Under the pieces are notes generated by a model. It ran no database searches and was not told the DNA's origin. It was given only the letters and a program-made list of their open reading frames with translations. A stretch of DNA of 64,000 nt, from assembly GCA_965243395.1 (NCBI GenBank), contig CBDEUS010000002.1, forward strand, positions 224,001 to 288,000. The letters run 5' to 3'. The stretch's first letter is position 1. Every line of letters begins with the position of its first letter. Both the position numbers and the translations under genes were made by a program. This DNA is from Gammaproteobacteria bacterium. Its GTDB lineage: Bacteria; Pseudomonadota; Gammaproteobacteria; UBA4575. Of this stretch, positions 30,168 to 41,357 are shown piece after piece.

Positions 30168-30833
30168 TCATTGTAAGTAACCATAAATAAGCACATGTCG
30201 ATCGCTTACTTTGTCTATATGTAAACCATCTAATCCTGCATTAGTAATTTGTAGACGTAATTCATCAGGCGTAAATGCTGCTAATAACGAGTTGTAAAAG
30301 TCTCTGCGTAAAATTTCAGGTTCATCGCTTGCATATTGATCAACTAATTGTTGCGCATCGTGTATAGACTCAGGTCGATATAAATCACAAACATATATTG
30401 CTGTATCGTCTGTAGCGAATTGTTTAATCGTTGACCACATATGCTGTGGATCATGTAAATGATGCAACAAACTATTTGAAATAATAGCCTGATAGGTTTT
30501 ATTTTTAATGGAGCAATTTGGCAATTGTTGCAAATGCAATGTAATTCGATTAGTTAATGAATGGCTAGATATTAATATTTCAGCTTGCGTAAGCATCTCT
30601 TCTGCTCCATCAATTGCATCGATGTGGCATTCCTCATAACGCTGTGCAAAACGTACCGTAACATCTCCCGACCCGCATCCTAGGTCCAGCACTTCATGTA
30701 ATGGTTCAATAGCTGGAAAGATTTGTGAAAAATTATCAATTATCGATTGGTGTGCTTCTTCAAAATCTGCATTGGAATAGGCCAAAACCTGCTCTGGATC
30801 GTTCATAAGTTCCGGTTCAACTATTCTTTCCAT
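30168..30833 (-). CDS. Class I SAM-dependent methyltransferase
   Basis: VLDLGCGSG motif I, SNSLLHH, N-terminal RIVEPELM (alternative start 30848). Confidence 0.88.
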   Translation of the reverse strand: MERIVEPELMNDPEQVLAYSNADFEEAHQSIIDNFSQIFPAIEPLHEVLDLGCGSGDVTVRFAQRYEECHIDAIDGAEEMLTQAEILISSHSLTNRITLHLQQLPNCSIKNKTYQAIISNSLLHHLHDPQHMWSTIKQFATDDTAIYVCDLYRPESIHDAQQLVDQYASDEPEILRRDFYNSLLAAFTPDELRLQITNAGLDGLHIDKVSDRHVLIYGYLQ

Positions 30834-30840
30834 TTTTGGG

Positions 30841-32091
30841 CTAGCCATCCGGAATGATTTCGTTTGCCATCAGCTGGTCAAATGTTTCGCGTAAACGTAT
30901 TAAGTGAACCTGATCTCCATCCACTAGTATTTCTGCAGCACGTAAGCGAGTATTGTAATTACTCGCCATTACCGAGCCATACGCCCCGGCAGCATGCACT
31001 GCAAGTAAAGTGCCTTCTTGTATAGCAAGCGTACGCTGCTTACCAAGGAAATCACCTGTCTCGCACACCGGACCTACTACATCATAGGTTGCAGAAGATT
31101 CCGTTGTTTGCTCGATAGTTGTAATGTCGTGCCAGGCCGAATACAGAGATGGACGCATAAAATCATTCATGGCGGCATCCACTAAAGCAAAATTTTTATC
31201 GCGGGTTTCTTTTATATGCTCTACACGAGTAAGTAATATTCCAGCATCACCTACTATCGAGCGACCAGGTTCAATGAAAATCTCAATGTCTCGTCCCTCC
31301 ATAAAAGGCGCGAGCGTTTCAGCATATTGCGCTGCACTGGGGGGATGATCATCATCTTGATAACGAATGCCTAAACCGCCTCCAACATCTACATGTTGTA
31401 GCACAATGCCAATACCGGCTAATTCATCGACAAGAGCAAAAACTTTTTCAAAACTCATTTGGAATGGACTTAAATCCAGTAATTGTGAACCGATATGACA
31501 ATCCACACCCACGGCTTTTAAATGACTACACTGTTCTATTTGTTGGTAGATATCCAAAGCTAAATTGATATCCACACCAAACTTATTTTCTTTTAAACCT
31601 GTGGCTATATATGGATGCGTGTTCGCATCTACGTCTGGATTTACACGTAATGAAACATTGGTCTGTATATCCATCTCACGTGTAATCGCATCTAGTCGTG
31701 CAAGCTCCGCTATCGATTCTATATTGAAACAATCCACGCCCATGACTAGAGCTCGACGAATTTCATCAGATCGCTTTGCGACACCAGAAAAAACAACTTT
31801 GTTGACATCGCCACCTGCGCGAATAACGCGTTCCAACTCACCTATGGAGACGATATCAAAGCCCGAACCAAGCTTTGCAAGTAAGTTCAAAACAGCAAGG
31901 TTCGAATTAGCCTTCACGGCATAACAAATACGCGAAGGCCATTTACTCAAGGCATTTTCAAAAGCGCGATAATTCTTTTCAATTGTGGCTTTAGAGTACA
32001 CATAGCAGGGCGTGCCATATGCTTCTGCAACTTCATGCAAATTTACATTTTCGGCATGTAATACTTTATTACTATATTCAAATGCGCTCAT
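30841..32091 (-). CDS. lysA: Diaminopimelate decarboxylase
   Basis: YAVKAN PLP lysine, HIGSQ, EPGR, GPVCETGD, GAYG..M.SNYN. Confidence 0.97.
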   Translation of the reverse strand: MSAFEYSNKVLHAENVNLHEVAEAYGTPCYVYSKATIEKNYRAFENALSKWPSRICYAVKANSNLAVLNLLAKLGSGFDIVSIGELERVIRAGGDVNKVVFSGVAKRSDEIRRALVMGVDCFNIESIAELARLDAITREMDIQTNVSLRVNPDVDANTHPYIATGLKENKFGVDINLALDIYQQIEQCSHLKAVGVDCHIGSQLLDLSPFQMSFEKVFALVDELAGIGIVLQHVDVGGGLGIRYQDDDHPPSAAQYAETLAPFMEGRDIEIFIEPGRSIVGDAGILLTRVEHIKETRDKNFALVDAAMNDFMRPSLYSAWHDITTIEQTTESSATYDVVGPVCETGDFLGKQRTLAIQEGTLLAVHAAGAYGSVMASNYNTRLRAAEILVDGDQVHLIRLRETFDQLMANEIIPDG

Positions 32092-32158
32092 GGCTGTGTG
32101 CACCAAAAAAAATTAATCAACTATGGATACGTGTTTGTGAAAAAGGTTTCAAAAAGAA

Positions 32159-32311
32159 TTAATTTTTTGATTTTTTCGCTTCGGATTCTGCTTGTTTTTC
32201 TTTTTGTGGAATTTCGTTTTCTGGCAGATATAGATCCCCTGTTTGCCCACAAGAGACTATATGCAATGAAGCAATGATAAAAAACACAAGTAGATAGGGT
32301 TTGAGTTGCAT
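32159..32311 (-). CDS. lptM: Small lipoprotein LptM/YifL/LppL (50 aa)
   Basis: MQLKPYLLVFFIIASLHIVS-CGQTGDLYLP... matches the CGxKGxLYLP family motif; conserved position upstream of lysA; not in the ORF track. Confidence 0.85.
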   Translation of the reverse strand: MQLKPYLLVFFIIASLHIVSCGQTGDLYLPENEIPQKEKQAESEAKKSKN

Positions 32312-32405
32312 CGTCGCTATACTCTTTCAAAACTGGTCGCTATTGTATAGACCATTCAGGCGACAAGAAACCTTAACGCAATAAAATCACAGGGGAATCA
32401 AAACC

Positions 32406-33068
32406 ATGTCTCTGCAAGCAATTCAAATCGATACTCAAAATAATCCAAATTGTGCAGTTATTTGGTTACATGGGCTGGGTGCAAATGGCCATGATTTTGA
32501 GCCAATAGTCTCCGAATTAAACCTGCCAGATTCGATACGTGCGAGGTTTATATTTCCACATGCCCCGGTACGAGCTGTCAGCTTAAATAGCGGTATCCAA
32601 ATGCCTGCGTGGTATGACATTTACAGTCTGGAAATGGATAGCAAAGAGGACATACAGGGTGTAGAAAAAATCACACATGAAATACATGCCATGATTGATG
32701 ATCAATTTCACCAAGGAATTGCTGTTAATAAAATTGTGTTAGCAGGTTTTTCTCAGGGTGGGGCATTGGCTTTGTATGCAGGTCTTACGTTTTCAAAAAA
32801 ATTATCCGGATTAATGGGGCTGTCCTGTTATCTACCTTTACGTGATCAAATTGAAGAGGCATCCAAATTCGCATCACGTGGACTACGTATTTTTTTAGCG
32901 CATGGAGAATATGATGATGTTGTACCGATGACGTATGCTCAGACTGCTAAAGAAATTTTAGAAGAGCAAAAATTTATTGTGCAATGGCACACCTACCCCT
33001 GTGCACACACGGTATGTGCTGAAGAGATTCAAGATATTCGCAAGTTTTTATTAGACTGTTGGCAGTGA
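32406..33068 (+). CDS. Phospholipase/carboxylesterase (alpha/beta hydrolase)
   Basis: WLHGLGA, MPAWYD, GFSQGG, HGEYDDVV. Confidence 0.93.
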   Translation: MSLQAIQIDTQNNPNCAVIWLHGLGANGHDFEPIVSELNLPDSIRARFIFPHAPVRAVSLNSGIQMPAWYDIYSLEMDSKEDIQGVEKITHEIHAMIDDQFHQGIAVNKIVLAGFSQGGALALYAGLTFSKKLSGLMGLSCYLPLRDQIEEASKFASRGLRIFLAHGEYDDVVPMTYAQTAKEILEEQKFIVQWHTYPCAHTVCAEEIQDIRKFLLDCWQ

Positions 33069-33071
33069 AGT

Positions 33072-34466
33072 TTAAACTAACTCTTTCATTCGCTGTTTAG
33101 CTAACTCGATTTGTTCTTTGACTCTTGCGGGTGCGGTTCCACCATAAGTATTCTTGGAGGCAACCGAACCATCTAGCGAAAGTATCTCGAACACATCTTC
33201 TGAAATAGATGGACTAAATTTTTGTAGTTCATCCAGTCTTAATTCATCCAATCTTTTATTCTGCTGAATAGCATACTTCACTGTTTTACCAACTACTTCA
33301 TGCGCGTCACGAAATGGAACTCTCTTTTGCACAAGATAATCTGCAAGGTCTGTTGCCGTGGCATAACCTTGTTGCACTGCATTCAATAACACTTCGCGGT
33401 TCACAGAAATATGCGGCAGCATATTCGCAAATGCTAGAACACAGTCGTGGACCGTATCTACTGTATCAAATAACGGTTCCTTATCTTCCTGATTATCCTT
33501 GTTATAGGCTAGTGGCTGACTCTTCATCAAAGTCAGTAAAGCAAATAAATTTGCGTACACACGCGATGTTTTACCGCGCACGAGCTCAGGCACATCGGGA
33601 TTTTTTTTCTGCGGCATAATAGATGAACCCGTACAAAAACGATCAGGCAATTCAATAAAATTGAATTGTGTTGAAGTCCACAGCACAAGTTCTTCTGCAA
33701 TACGTGAGAGATGTGCGAACAAGATTGCTCCGAATGCACAAAATTCGATAGCAAAATCACGATCGCTTACGGAATCTAAACTGTTATGACTTATAGACGC
33801 AAAATTAAGTTTTTCTGCAACAAACTCTCTATCCAATGCAAAACCGCTCCCTGCAAGTGCTGCAGAACCTAATGGCATGACATTGGTGCTAACCAGGCAT
33901 TGTTGTAATCGAGTTCGATCACGCTGAATCATTTCAAACCAAGCTAACATGTGATGCCCAAACGTAATTGCTTGTGCAACTTGCAAATGAGTAAAACCGG
34001 GCATGATGGTATCGCTTTCTTGTTCAGCAATTTTCAAAATAGCTTGTTGTAATGATTCAAGACGTGTATCGATCTCCTCGATTGCCTCCCTTAAATAAAG
34101 TCGCACATCTGTGGCCACTTGATCATTGCGAGATCGACCTGTATGAATCCGTTTTCCAGCTTCACCGACTAATTCTGTAAGACGCGCTTCGATATTCATG
34201 TGCACATCTTCAAGACTGGTTTTCCAATCAAATTTGCCTGCCTCTATCTCGGCTTCGATTTTATCAAGCGCTTCGAGCAATAAATCGCAATCTTTATCGT
34301 TGAGTACGCCAATATGCGCGAGCATTTGAGCATGTGCCCGCGAAGCAAGGATGTCTTGTTTAAAAAGTCGTTTATCAAATCCCACAGATGCGTTAAATTG
34401 TTCAACAAATTCATCTGTAGCTTCGGTAAAACGACCTCCCCATAATTTTGAATCCTTGTTACTCAT
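33072..34466 (-). CDS. argH: Argininosuccinate lyase
   Basis: [27 protein letters not shown]. Confidence 0.98.
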   Translation of the reverse strand: MSNKDSKLWGGRFTEATDEFVEQFNASVGFDKRLFKQDILASRAHAQMLAHIGVLNDKDCDLLLEALDKIEAEIEAGKFDWKTSLEDVHMNIEARLTELVGEAGKRIHTGRSRNDQVATDVRLYLREAIEEIDTRLESLQQAILKIAEQESDTIMPGFTHLQVAQAITFGHHMLAWFEMIQRDRTRLQQCLVSTNVMPLGSAALAGSGFALDREFVAEKLNFASISHNSLDSVSDRDFAIEFCAFGAILFAHLSRIAEELVLWTSTQFNFIELPDRFCTGSSIMPQKKNPDVPELVRGKTSRVYANLFALLTLMKSQPLAYNKDNQEDKEPLFDTVDTVHDCVLAFANMLPHISVNREVLLNAVQQGYATATDLADYLVQKRVPFRDAHEVVGKTVKYAIQQNKRLDELRLDELQKFSPSISEDVFEILSLDGSVASKNTYGGTAPARVKEQIELAKQRMKELV

Positions 34467-34569
34467 CTTTCTGGTTCATACATTCCGCTAACATAATTAG
34501 GGGCGAAGTATAGCACTAGCTTACCTAGCCACATCGAAGCTTGATTCTCACAGTTGTTATAGAATAGTT

Positions 34570-35688
34570 ATGGTGAATAAATCCCAAGCAGACACTAAAA
34601 AAACTTCCAATAGCGAAAGAGAAGCTGGTGAACGCACTTTTCTTCCCGACTTTTGCAATGCCCGAATCATCTTTTTAGCAATATTAATCGCTCAGCTACT
34701 ATCATTAATCCTAACCTTAGCAGGAGGGCTTTCAAGACCTGATTTTTGGGTATACCTATCTCTGGTGTCATTGTTTGTCACCTTTATCGCTATCGGTAAT
34801 ATTCTGGTGTTGTGTGTCAGTCGCAGGTTCTTACAAAATTTACACCCTGCAGTCGCAGCTATTAGTTACTACGTACTGAGCTTAAGTATCACCTTGGTAG
34901 TGTCCATTGTTGGAATAATCGTCACGCCATCGGAAGCACTATGGGCTGCTTCCCCTGAAAATGTACAAAGAATTGGTCTGCTGCATATCCTCACCAGTGA
35001 TATTTTGATTCGTAATATGGCAATCAGCGCGATCGTGTCGGCTGTGGCATTGCGTTATTTTTATGTGCTGCATCAATGGAAAGCCAATATACAGGTAGAA
35101 GCACGCTCACGAATTCAGGCATTACAAGCTCGAATCCGGCCTCATTTTTTGTTTAATAGTATGAACACAATTGCAAGCTTGACGCATTCCCATCCTGATT
35201 TGGCAGAGAAGGCTGTAGAAGATTTAGCCGATTTATTTCGAGCCTCATTAGGCCACCAGGACAAAGTCACGCTACAGGAAGAGCTCAATTTCACGAAACG
35301 CTACATAAATATGGAGAAACTGCGCTTAGGGGATCGCCTAACTGTTGAATTAAAAATACAACAAGGTATAAGCTTAAACACCAAGGTTCCAGCCTTAATT
35401 CTTCAACCAATAGTAGAAAACGCAATTTACCATGGAGTTGAACCCCTCACTAAAGGTGGCACAGTTAATATAGACATTACTTCCACTCAGCACGATTTAC
35501 ACTTTACAATTAGCAACCCAGTTGGAGACATAAATATTGACCAAAAACGCCCTGGCAATAAAATGGCGCAAGAAAACATCAGACAGAGGCTACAATTAGC
35601 ATATGGTGATTTCAGCAGAATGGACATTCGCCATGAGCAAGGCTTTTATAAGGTTTCATTTAACATTCCTATCGAGGCAGATGTATGA
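34570..35688 (+). CDS. algZ: LytS-type sensor kinase AlgZ/FimS
   Basis: FLPDFC, TM region, LQARIRPHFLFN, QPIVENAIYHG; argH-algZ-algR-hemC synteny. Confidence 0.88.
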   Translation: MVNKSQADTKKTSNSEREAGERTFLPDFCNARIIFLAILIAQLLSLILTLAGGLSRPDFWVYLSLVSLFVTFIAIGNILVLCVSRRFLQNLHPAVAAISYYVLSLSITLVVSIVGIIVTPSEALWAASPENVQRIGLLHILTSDILIRNMAISAIVSAVALRYFYVLHQWKANIQVEARSRIQALQARIRPHFLFNSMNTIASLTHSHPDLAEKAVEDLADLFRASLGHQDKVTLQEELNFTKRYINMEKLRLGDRLTVELKIQQGISLNTKVPALILQPIVENAIYHGVEPLTKGGTVNIDITSTQHDLHFTISNPVGDINIDQKRPGNKMAQENIRQRLQLAYGDFSRMDIRHEQGFYKVSFNIPIEADV

Positions 35689-36416
35689 AAATTTTGATCG
35701 TAGATGACGAAGCTCCCGCACGTGATCGCCTAGCACATATGCTAGGCAGCATAGATGATGTACAAACCGCTGGGGAAGCTAGCAACGGCATTGAAGCTGT
35801 AGAGATGGTGCAATCTACGCGCCCAGATGTGGTGCTCATGGATATTCGTATGCCTGGTATGGATGGCCTGGAAGCGGCACGGCATCTAACCGAAATGGAC
35901 GAACCCCCAGCCATTATCTTCACTACCGCTTACAGCGAGCATGCACTGGAGGCATTTGATACATCGGCTGTTGGTTACCTTGTAAAACCGGTGAGACAAG
36001 AAAAACTGGAAACTTCCATTGCACGCGCCAAAAAACTCACAAAAGCGCAAATCGCGACATTAAATACTGAAACTGACAGCCAAGGCCGAAGCCATATTTG
36101 CGCACGTATTCGTGGCAACCTTGAGTTGATTCCTGTCGATGAAATTCTTTACTTTCAAGCCGACCAAAAATACATCACTGTACGCCATTTGGGCGGTGAA
36201 GTACTGATAGAGGACGCACTAAAGAATTTAGAAAGTGAATTTGAAGGTAAATTAATTCGCATTCACCGCAATGCCTTAGTTAGTACACACTACATCAGTG
36301 GCATGGAAAAAAATCAGGATGGTCGCTTTGTGGTTACTTTCCGCGAGATTGAAGACCGACTTGAGATTAGTCGTAGACATGTCGCAGAAGTGCGTAAATT
36401 CTTGAAGTCTAGATAA
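35685..36416 (+). CDS. algR: LytTR response regulator AlgR
   Basis: VDDE, DIRMPGMDG, ADQKY, RIHRN, SRRH. Confidence 0.9.
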   Translation: MKILIVDDEAPARDRLAHMLGSIDDVQTAGEASNGIEAVEMVQSTRPDVVLMDIRMPGMDGLEAARHLTEMDEPPAIIFTTAYSEHALEAFDTSAVGYLVKPVRQEKLETSIARAKKLTKAQIATLNTETDSQGRSHICARIRGNLELIPVDEILYFQADQKYITVRHLGGEVLIEDALKNLESEFEGKLIRIHRNALVSTHYISGMEKNQDGRFVVTFREIEDRLEISRRHVAEVRKFLKSR

Positions 36417-36477
36417 TTCGCCATTGTTCTAACAATTTGCACGTCTTGTTTATTAAGGCGTGCTATTTCTCCCGACA

Positions 36478-37395
36478 ATGGAATTAAGAATTGCAACCCG
36501 TAAGAGTGCGCTAGCACTTTGGCAGGCAGAAGAAGTTTCACGCTTGTTGCGTGAAGCACATGGCGATAGCCTTACCGTCAAACTCATCAAAATGACGACA
36601 ACGGGTGATCAATTATTACAAGAGTCACTCGCTACCCAAGGAGGGAAAGGTCTTTTTGTAAAAGAACTTGAGCGCGGATTATTAGAGCATGATGCTGATA
36701 TTGCAGTTCATTCCATGAAGGATGTGCCAATTGAGCTGCCTGATTCACTACATTTACCTGTTATTCTTAAACGTGCGAATCCATGTGATGCGTTCGTATC
36801 TAACACGTATGATGAGTTAGATACCTTACCTAAAAATGCAATTGTGGGCACATCAAGTTCACGACGTGCATGTCAAATTATGGCCTCGTATCCGCAATTA
36901 GAAATAAAATTACTGCGTGGCAATGTAAATACTCGTCTCACCAAATTAGACGAAGGGCAATATGATGCAATCATACTTGCCGTAGCAGGCTTACAACGTC
37001 TTGGATTTGATAAAAGAATACGCACACATCTCTCTATCGACATATCCCTACCTGCAATAGGTCAAGGTGCTATTGGTATTGAATGCCGTAAGGACGATAA
37101 AGAAATAGAAAAATTAATCGCACCTTTAAATCATAGTGAAACAAATATTTGTGTCTCTGCAGAACGCGCAATTAGTCAAAGTCTAGAAGGGGGTTGTCAG
37201 CTCCCTATAGCTGCATATGCACAACTTGATAGTGATGTGATCCATTTACGTTCTCTCGTAGGTATGCCTGATGGCAGTAAAATTTGTCGCAGCGAATCCA
37301 GCGGCCCAAAAACAAACCCAATAGAATTGGGTCGTGAAGTTGCTGCGGAGTTAGTTAGATTAGGAGCTAGCGATATTCTTAAAGCCTGTTCATAG
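36478..37395 (+). CDS. hemC: Porphobilinogen deaminase
   Basis: IATRKSALALWQ, GKGLFVKE, AVHSMKD, GTSS.RR, LEGGC. Confidence 0.97.
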   Translation: MELRIATRKSALALWQAEEVSRLLREAHGDSLTVKLIKMTTTGDQLLQESLATQGGKGLFVKELERGLLEHDADIAVHSMKDVPIELPDSLHLPVILKRANPCDAFVSNTYDELDTLPKNAIVGTSSSRRACQIMASYPQLEIKLLRGNVNTRLTKLDEGQYDAIILAVAGLQRLGFDKRIRTHLSIDISLPAIGQGAIGIECRKDDKEIEKLIAPLNHSETNICVSAERAISQSLEGGCQLPIAAYAQLDSDVIHLRSLVGMPDGSKICRSESSGPKTNPIELGREVAAELVRLGASDILKACS

Positions 37396-37563
37396 ATCTC
37401 AGGGGGATCGATATTGGCGAGACGCAAACAGCACATATTTAATATTTCAGCAGCCTATAGCGAACGAAATCCACGCAGAATGTTCTTATCCTTCCTGTGT
37501 AAAATCAATTTATAAATTATTTCGGTAAAATAAGTTAGCTACTTTTGATCAGCTGAGGGATTC

Positions 37564-38343
37564 ATGTCTGTAAACACTGCACTTGAAGGTAAAACAGTTG
37601 TCGTTACCCGCCCACTAGCACAGGCTCAGCAGCTGTTAGAAACTTTAGAAAGTCATCTAGCAACAACGGTACATTTTCCTGTCATTGAAATTCAACAAAC
37701 TGAAAACATAAATAATGTACAACAACAGTTTAATAACCTAGCAAATTTTCAGATTGTCATTTTTATTAGTGCTAATGCGGTGCATCATGCAATTTCATTG
37801 GCAAAAGAATTAAACATTACGTTTGAAAACTGTAAATTAGCAGCGGTAGGCCCTTCTACCAAGCGTGCATTAGAGAAGCATGGCTACAGGGTTGATATCA
37901 TTCCGCAAGTAAACTTTAATAGTGAAGCTCTATTAGAAGAGCCTTCATTAAAAAACATTGCTGGGAAGAGCATTCTAATAGTACGTGGGCATGGTGGGCG
38001 TGAATATTTGCGTCACGCATTAGAATCTCGTGGAGCAAATGTAGAATACGTCGAAGTGTATCAACGCAAACTCCCTGAAAATCGCAATACGATTAAATTA
38101 GAAAAATTACCCATAAATAACAGCTTTGTACTTTTATATAGCGTAGAGTCAGCACAAAATCTATGGTCACTTTGCACACCAGACGAACACGAATGGCTAA
38201 AGAAGGTCACGTTTATAATTGCAAGTGAACGAATAGCAGAAGCAACTACTAGGGTTGAGTATGTAAATAATTCTATAATAGCTGAAAATCCAAGTGATCA
38301 GGCGATGCTGGCAGCACTAATAGACCGATCCATAACCCAGTAA
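37564..38343 (+). CDS. hemD: Uroporphyrinogen-III synthase
   Basis: VVTRP, FISANAV, AVGPST, SEALL, VYQR. Confidence 0.93.
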   Translation: MSVNTALEGKTVVVTRPLAQAQQLLETLESHLATTVHFPVIEIQQTENINNVQQQFNNLANFQIVIFISANAVHHAISLAKELNITFENCKLAAVGPSTKRALEKHGYRVDIIPQVNFNSEALLEEPSLKNIAGKSILIVRGHGGREYLRHALESRGANVEYVEVYQRKLPENRNTIKLEKLPINNSFVLLYSVESAQNLWSLCTPDEHEWLKKVTFIIASERIAEATTRVEYVNNSIIAENPSDQAMLAALIDRSITQ

Positions 38344-38401
38344 GTGTTTCCAGACAGTGTCATTAAGACACTCTAGAATAAGAATATTGAGAAATTAGAC
38401 C

Positions 38402-39508
38402 ATGTCAGATAAACAACAAAATCCCAAATCTACTGATACAAACCCTTCATCAAATAATAATTCCAAAAAAAGTTCTGGAGGATTTGGTCGTTTTTTTGTT
38501 GCCTTATTAGCGTTACTTGCCTTGTTACTTTCAGGCACTGGTATCGTGATTGGGTATAAGGCTTGGTTGGATATGAATAAACGTTTGGATCAAGCAGCAG
38601 TGGACCGTCAATCAATCGCGCATGAAATCGCTACCATAGATGAAAGTATAAAATTACAAAGTTTCAAAAAACAAGTCGAGAACAACGTTGAACAAGTCAA
38701 TCAACAAGTTGATGATTTAGCAATTGAAATACAAAAACAAGCAGACGCCCAACAAGATATCAGCTTAACCACACAAGAAACCCTCGCGATTGTAAATCGT
38801 AGTCAACTAGGTTGGGGATTAAAAGAAGTTGAACATGTGTTGCGTATGGCAAACCATCGACTTCGCATTGAACGTGATGTTTCTGGCAGCATCACTGCGT
38901 TGAACGCTGCCAGCAACCGTCTTCATGAACTTAAAGATCCGCGCTTACTACCAATCAGAGAAACTATTTCTAAACAAATTGGGAAATTAAAAAACTTTCC
39001 TTATCCCGATTGGGTTGGTATTAGTTTACAGCTAGATAATCTTCTTGCGGGACTAAAACGAAACATTATTAAAAGTGCTAAGCATAAACAAGACAGCATG
39101 ACTGATAAAAATGAAGAACAAAAGAATAAGGAGAACCTCACTGGCTGGGAAAAACTTGTGGATGGTGTGAAAAGCTCAATTAACGATTCAATAAAAGTAA
39201 CCAAAGAAGAGCAAAGAATAAAAATGTTTATCAGCCAGCAAGAAAGTGAACATGCGTATGAGTTTTTACGTGGTAAATTACTTGGCGCAAAATATGCTGT
39301 TGCCAGCCGAGATGACGAAGCCTACCACCGTGAACTTGAAGCTGCACTTGCCTGGTTAGCCTCTGACGATACCTTGACAGGTAAAAGGGAAGTCATTGAG
39401 GAATTGGACGAACTTAATGGTATTAACTTAGAACCTGAATTACCGGACATTACCGAAGCAAATACTTTATTGTCAGAAATTGCTGCAAACATTGATAACA
39501 GTTACTAA
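38402..39508 (+). CDS. hemX: HemX family membrane protein
   Basis: N-terminal TM, coiled coil, W.L.E...LRMAN.RL, LPDI; hemCDXY order. Confidence 0.85.
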   Translation: MSDKQQNPKSTDTNPSSNNNSKKSSGGFGRFFVALLALLALLLSGTGIVIGYKAWLDMNKRLDQAAVDRQSIAHEIATIDESIKLQSFKKQVENNVEQVNQQVDDLAIEIQKQADAQQDISLTTQETLAIVNRSQLGWGLKEVEHVLRMANHRLRIERDVSGSITALNAASNRLHELKDPRLLPIRETISKQIGKLKNFPYPDWVGISLQLDNLLAGLKRNIIKSAKHKQDSMTDKNEEQKNKENLTGWEKLVDGVKSSINDSIKVTKEEQRIKMFISQQESEHAYEFLRGKLLGAKYAVASRDDEAYHRELEAALAWLASDDTLTGKREVIEELDELNGINLEPELPDITEANTLLSEIAANIDNSY

Positions 39509-39518
39509 TACTAATTAA

Positions 39519-40694
39519 ATGATTCGAGCGTTATTGGTCTTTATTTTCTTTCTAGCTGTATTCACAGCTGCTGTTTTTATTGTAATGCAAGCTCCAGGGT
39601 TTGCGAGTTTTACTTATGGTGATACTACTTATGAATTGCCATTAGTAGAATTTGTAATTGGGTTATTTGTTTTATTCACAATATTTTATATTTTAATTCG
39701 TTTATTTAGTTTGATTTTTAGTGCCCCTAAACGAATTCATTCAGCTATGGATCGTCGTCGTCATTACAAAGCACTAGGTGACACTCAACAAGGTTTAACA
39801 AAATATGTGCAGGGTGACTGGGCTCAGGCGGAAAAACTTTTATTGCGCGGTGCTGATAATTCATCAACTTCCGCTATAAACTATATTTGGGCAGCACGTG
39901 CTGCACATAAGCGCGGTGATTTTTCTGATCGTGACGCTCATCTTGCCTCTGCAAAAAAAGCTAGTCCCAATGAAACATCTGCCCTTGAAGTGCTGCAAGC
40001 AGAGCTATTATTAGAGCAACAAATGCCTGAACAAGCTTTGGCAAACTTAAACAAGCACAGTGATGCGATTCGTACAAATCCTAAAATTACGACCATGTTT
40101 GCGAATGCTTACGAACAACTGAAAGATTGGGAGAAATTAGCCGATATTATTCCGCAGCTTAAAAGTAGTAAAAATTTAGATGAAAGTTATTTTCATCAAG
40201 TAGAGAAACAAGCGTTAAAAGGTTTGCTTAGCAATAATCAAAGCGATGCTGAAAAAATCGGCGCAAAGTTCAAAGACTCATTGTTAGCCGATAAAGAACT
40301 CATTGTCGATTACGTTAATGCATTACGAATACAAGATAAACATGAGTTGGCTGAAAGTGTTGCCGCTTCCGCATTAAATAAGAATTGGTGCTCGATGCTG
40401 GTACGAGAATATGGTTTGATAGATTTAACAGATACCACTCAAGCATTAAATAACGTTGAAAAGTGGGCTGAGCAACATACTGATGATGCATATCTATACC
40501 TCACTTCTGGGCGTATCTGTATTAAAGCCCAACTTTGGGGCAAAGCTAAGGCATACTTTGAATCAAGCTTAAGCCGTAAACCGCTCGTAGAAACCTATGC
40601 AGAACTCGCCGCCTTACATGAACAATTAGGCGAAACCGATGAAGCACAACGTTGTACAAAAAAAGGTTTAAAAATAGCTGCCCGAAGTAATTAG
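39519..40694 (+). CDS. hemY: HemY family TPR protein
   Basis: Two N-terminal TM segments, GDWAQAEK, AARAA, LWGKA. Confidence 0.9.
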   Translation: MIRALLVFIFFLAVFTAAVFIVMQAPGFASFTYGDTTYELPLVEFVIGLFVLFTIFYILIRLFSLIFSAPKRIHSAMDRRRHYKALGDTQQGLTKYVQGDWAQAEKLLLRGADNSSTSAINYIWAARAAHKRGDFSDRDAHLASAKKASPNETSALEVLQAELLLEQQMPEQALANLNKHSDAIRTNPKITTMFANAYEQLKDWEKLADIIPQLKSSKNLDESYFHQVEKQALKGLLSNNQSDAEKIGAKFKDSLLADKELIVDYVNALRIQDKHELAESVAASALNKNWCSMLVREYGLIDLTDTTQALNNVEKWAEQHTDDAYLYLTSGRICIKAQLWGKAKAYFESSLSRKPLVETYAELAALHEQLGETDEAQRCTKKGLKIAARSN

Positions 40695-40856
40695 TATTTC
40701 AAAAACATTTTTTCTTAAATCATTAAAGTGACTACTATTTGTCACAGTAAGCTTGTAAATTTTCGGTGAGATTGACTTGAATATTTCGCTTGGCTTAAGT
40801 ATTTTGCGCTTACTAATTCAAACACTTTTCTATCTAGCCAAAATCCTATATTAGCA

Positions 40857-41354
40857 ATGTACCTTCGTCTCCTTATCGCCTTCCTTGTGTTATTCGTATT
40901 ATGGATACTTTTATCAGGATACTTTGGCACACTTTTACTATCACTTGGTGTACTGAGTTGTGCATTTGTTGCCTGGGTGTCAGAAAAATTCGGATTATTT
41001 AGCAGTGATTTTTCAACACTTAAACTCAATCTCAAAATTCCAGCTTTTTTACCTTGGTTCTTTATCGAAGTCGTTAAATCTAATATTGATGTAAGTTGGA
41101 GAATTTTACACCCCAAGCTTCCCATTGAACCTAATGTCATGACAGTTGATGCTTCTCAACATAGTGACCTCGCCACAGCAATCTATGCAAATTGCATAAC
41201 CCTTACACCAGGCACATATAGCCTGGATCTTGATGAAAACAGCATTGAAGTCCATTCGTTAACTCAAGCACTGGCAAAAGATTTGCAAACTGGTGAAATG
41301 AGCAGACGAATTTCTTTATTAGAGCCTAAATCAGCTAATAATAGATCAAGTTAA
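40857..41354 (+). CDS. mrpE: Mrp/Mnh antiporter subunit E
   Basis: LWILLSG, ANCITLTPGT, VHSL. Confidence 0.92.
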   Translation: MYLRLLIAFLVLFVLWILLSGYFGTLLLSLGVLSCAFVAWVSEKFGLFSSDFSTLKLNLKIPAFLPWFFIEVVKSNIDVSWRILHPKLPIEPNVMTVDASQHSDLATAIYANCITLTPGTYSLDLDENSIEVHSLTQALAKDLQTGEMSRRISLLEPKSANNRSS

Positions 41355-41357
41355 TAT

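Noticed and set aside
32121-32330. 69-aa ORF upstream of lysA
   Set aside because: Wrong frame; the lipobox-containing LptM ORF at 32159-32311 explains the region.
37396-37563. 168-nt hemC-hemD gap as a riboswitch or insertion
   Set aside because: No recognisable aptamer, terminator, repeat or convincing ORF.
40728-40745. GTGAC-N8-GTCAC palindrome upstream of the mrp operon as a CRP site
   Set aside because: Spacing does not fit TGTGA-N6-TCACA; single instance with no assignable regulator.
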